64,000 nt of DNA from Candidatus Omnitrophota bacterium (GTDB lineage Bacteria > Omnitrophota > Gorgyraeia > Duberdicusellales > 4484-171), in NCBI GenBank assembly GCA_041652815.1, contig JBAZGN010000004.1, positions 143,890 through 207,889 on the forward strand, in the 5' to 3' direction. Below, in pieces: positions 63,057 through 64,000 of the stretch (its first letter is position 1; each line of letters starts with the position of its first letter). Below the pieces are notes generated by a model. That model did not search any database. It had not been told where the DNA came from and saw only the letters and a list, made by a program, of their open reading frames with translations. Position numbers and translations under genes: made by a program.

Positions 63057-64000
63057 ATGGATAAAATGATTGTTTTTAGCGGAAATTCAAACCAGAATTT
63101 AGCTTCTAAGATTTGCAAAAATCTCAAGCTTAAAATGGGGGGAGGCTTAATCTCTCGTTTTAGCGACGGTGAAGTGAGAATAAAAATCGAAGAAAATGTC
63201 AGAGGCAAAGATGTCTTTATTGTTCAGTCCACTTGCGCACCGGTAAATGAAAATATAATGGAACTTTTGATAATGATAGATGCTTTAAAGCGTGCATCTG
63301 CAAACCGCATTACTGCGGTAATGCCTTATTTCGGGTATGCTCGTCAGGATAGAAAAGACCAGCCGAGAGTCCCGATAACGGCAAAGCTGATTGCTAATCT
63401 GTTAACTGTTGCGGGTGCAAACCGCGTTTTAGCTTTAGATTTACATGCCGGCCAAATACAGGGATTTTTTGATATTCCGGTAGACCACATCTTCGCGATA
63501 GATGTTTTCGTAGATTACTTTAAAGAAATAGGCGTAAATAATCTTGTGATTGTTTCGCCGGACGTCGGCGGGATAAAAATGGCAAGGGCATATGCAAAAA
63601 AATTTCGCGCCGGGCTTGCCATAGTGGATAAAAGAAGAAACACTCCGGACGCAACTGAAGTTATGCATATATTAGGTGAAGTTGAAGGTAAAAACGTAAT
63701 AATTGTTGACGATATAATTGCAACTGGAAGTTCTTTAGTTGAAGCAGCTGGGGCAATAAGGCGTGCCGGAGCAAAGAAAATATTTGCTGCCATATCTCAC
63801 GGAATTTTATCGGCAAATGCCGTAGAGAAGCTGGAAAGCTCTGATATCGATTATCTTGTCATCACAGACTCTATTCCTTTGGACGAGGAAAAGAAGAGCA
63901 AAAAAATAAAAATAGTTTCTGTAAGCAAGCTTTTTGCGGAAGCAATAAAACGTATACATTTTGAACAGTCTATAAGCGTGCTTTTTGATTCGATAAGGCG
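63057..64000 (+). CDS. prs: ribose-phosphate pyrophosphokinase (PRPP synthetase), 3'-truncated by window edge
   Basis: MDKMIVFSGNSNQNLASKICKNL...FSDGEVRIKIEENVRGKDVFIVQS...YFGYARQDRK, and the PRPP-binding loop VIIVDDIIATGSS. Runs to the window end without a stop. Confidence 0.9.
   Translation, partial: MDKMIVFSGNSNQNLASKICKNLKLKMGGGLISRFSDGEVRIKIEENVRGKDVFIVQSTCAPVNENIMELLIMIDALKRASANRITAVMPYFGYARQDRKDQPRVPITAKLIANLLTVAGANRVLALDLHAGQIQGFFDIPVDHIFAIDVFVDYFKEIGVNNLVIVSPDVGGIKMARAYAKKFRAGLAIVDKRRNTPDATEVMHILGEVEGKNVIIVDDIIATGSSLVEAAGAIRRAGAKKIFAAISHGILSANAVEKLESSDIDYLVITDSIPLDEEKKSKKIKIVSVSKLFAEAIKRIHFEQSISVLFDSIR

Noticed and set aside
1-64000. CRISPR array
   Set aside because: Repeats found are palindromic MITE-like hairpins, dispersed direct repeats and tRNA fragments. 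None are regularly spaced short repeats with unique spacers, and no cas genes are present.

Overview
This 64 kb window comes from a low-GC, densely coding bacterial chromosome. It is probably an uncultivated lineage, and the phylum cannot be determined from the sequence alone. About 60 protein genes are supported. There is no rRNA gene and no CRISPR array. One intact tRNA-Gln(UUG) gene is present.

Recognisable core genes:
- Housekeeping: metG, ilvB-ilvN, hisG, a split transketolase, ispE, spoVG, glmU and prs (the last is cut by the window edge).
- Signalling: many genes, including a REC-GGDEF-HD-GYP regulator, four histidine kinases (two are recent tandem duplicates), and two receiver-only (REC-only) response regulators.
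- Radical SAM enzymes: two, an AmmeMemoRadiSam type and a YgiQ type.

Most interesting locus (about 36.4-46.1 kb): a type-II FAS/PKS-like cluster. It contains an active ketosynthase, a partner ketosynthase that has lost the Cys-His-His catalytic triad (chain-length-factor-like), a FabG-like ketoreductase, an ACP and a FabZ-like dehydratase. No enoyl reductase or malonyl transferase is present in the cluster. Downstream are a WbuX-like PP-loop enzyme, a protein whose C-terminal 370 aa match cyanobacterial acyl-ACP reductase (Aar) behind a novel N-terminal extension, and a CrtI-like flavin oxidoreductase. Three sensor kinases and a response regulator follow. I read this as a candidate pathway for an unsaturated fatty or polyene aldehyde-derived product.

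The operon has been invaded by a RelB/RelE toxin-antitoxin pair and by a miniature element with terminal inverted repeats (TIRs) that carries a 'four-helix-bundle' (23S-rRNA-IVS-type) protein gene. A second, unrelated TIR family carries another four-helix-bundle gene at 52.1-52.7 kb and has empty hairpin copies at 26.4 and 30.3 kb. The first family has an empty copy at 8.6 kb. At least four further short palindromic or direct repeat families are scattered through intergenic regions.

The conserved ispE-spoVG-glmU-prs block is interrupted by a rearranged tRNA-Gln locus. It holds an intact tRNA, 5' and 3' partial tRNA copies that each carry a ~70 nt double-hairpin insertion in the anticodon loop, and two YhbQ-type GIY-YIG nuclease genes. 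SpoVG itself carries an unusual internal zinc-ribbon insertion.

An accessory region at 20-35 kb encodes sugar and amine modification enzymes. These are an RmlD-like fusion, a phosphomannose isomerase (PMI)-like cupin, a HAD phosphatase, a class III aminotransferase, an arginase-fold protein, a FemAB-like acyltransferase, a CrtI-like oxidoreductase, ArnE/ArnF-like flippase subunits, an ArnB/DegT-like aminotransferase and a secreted protein with tail-fibre-like motifs.
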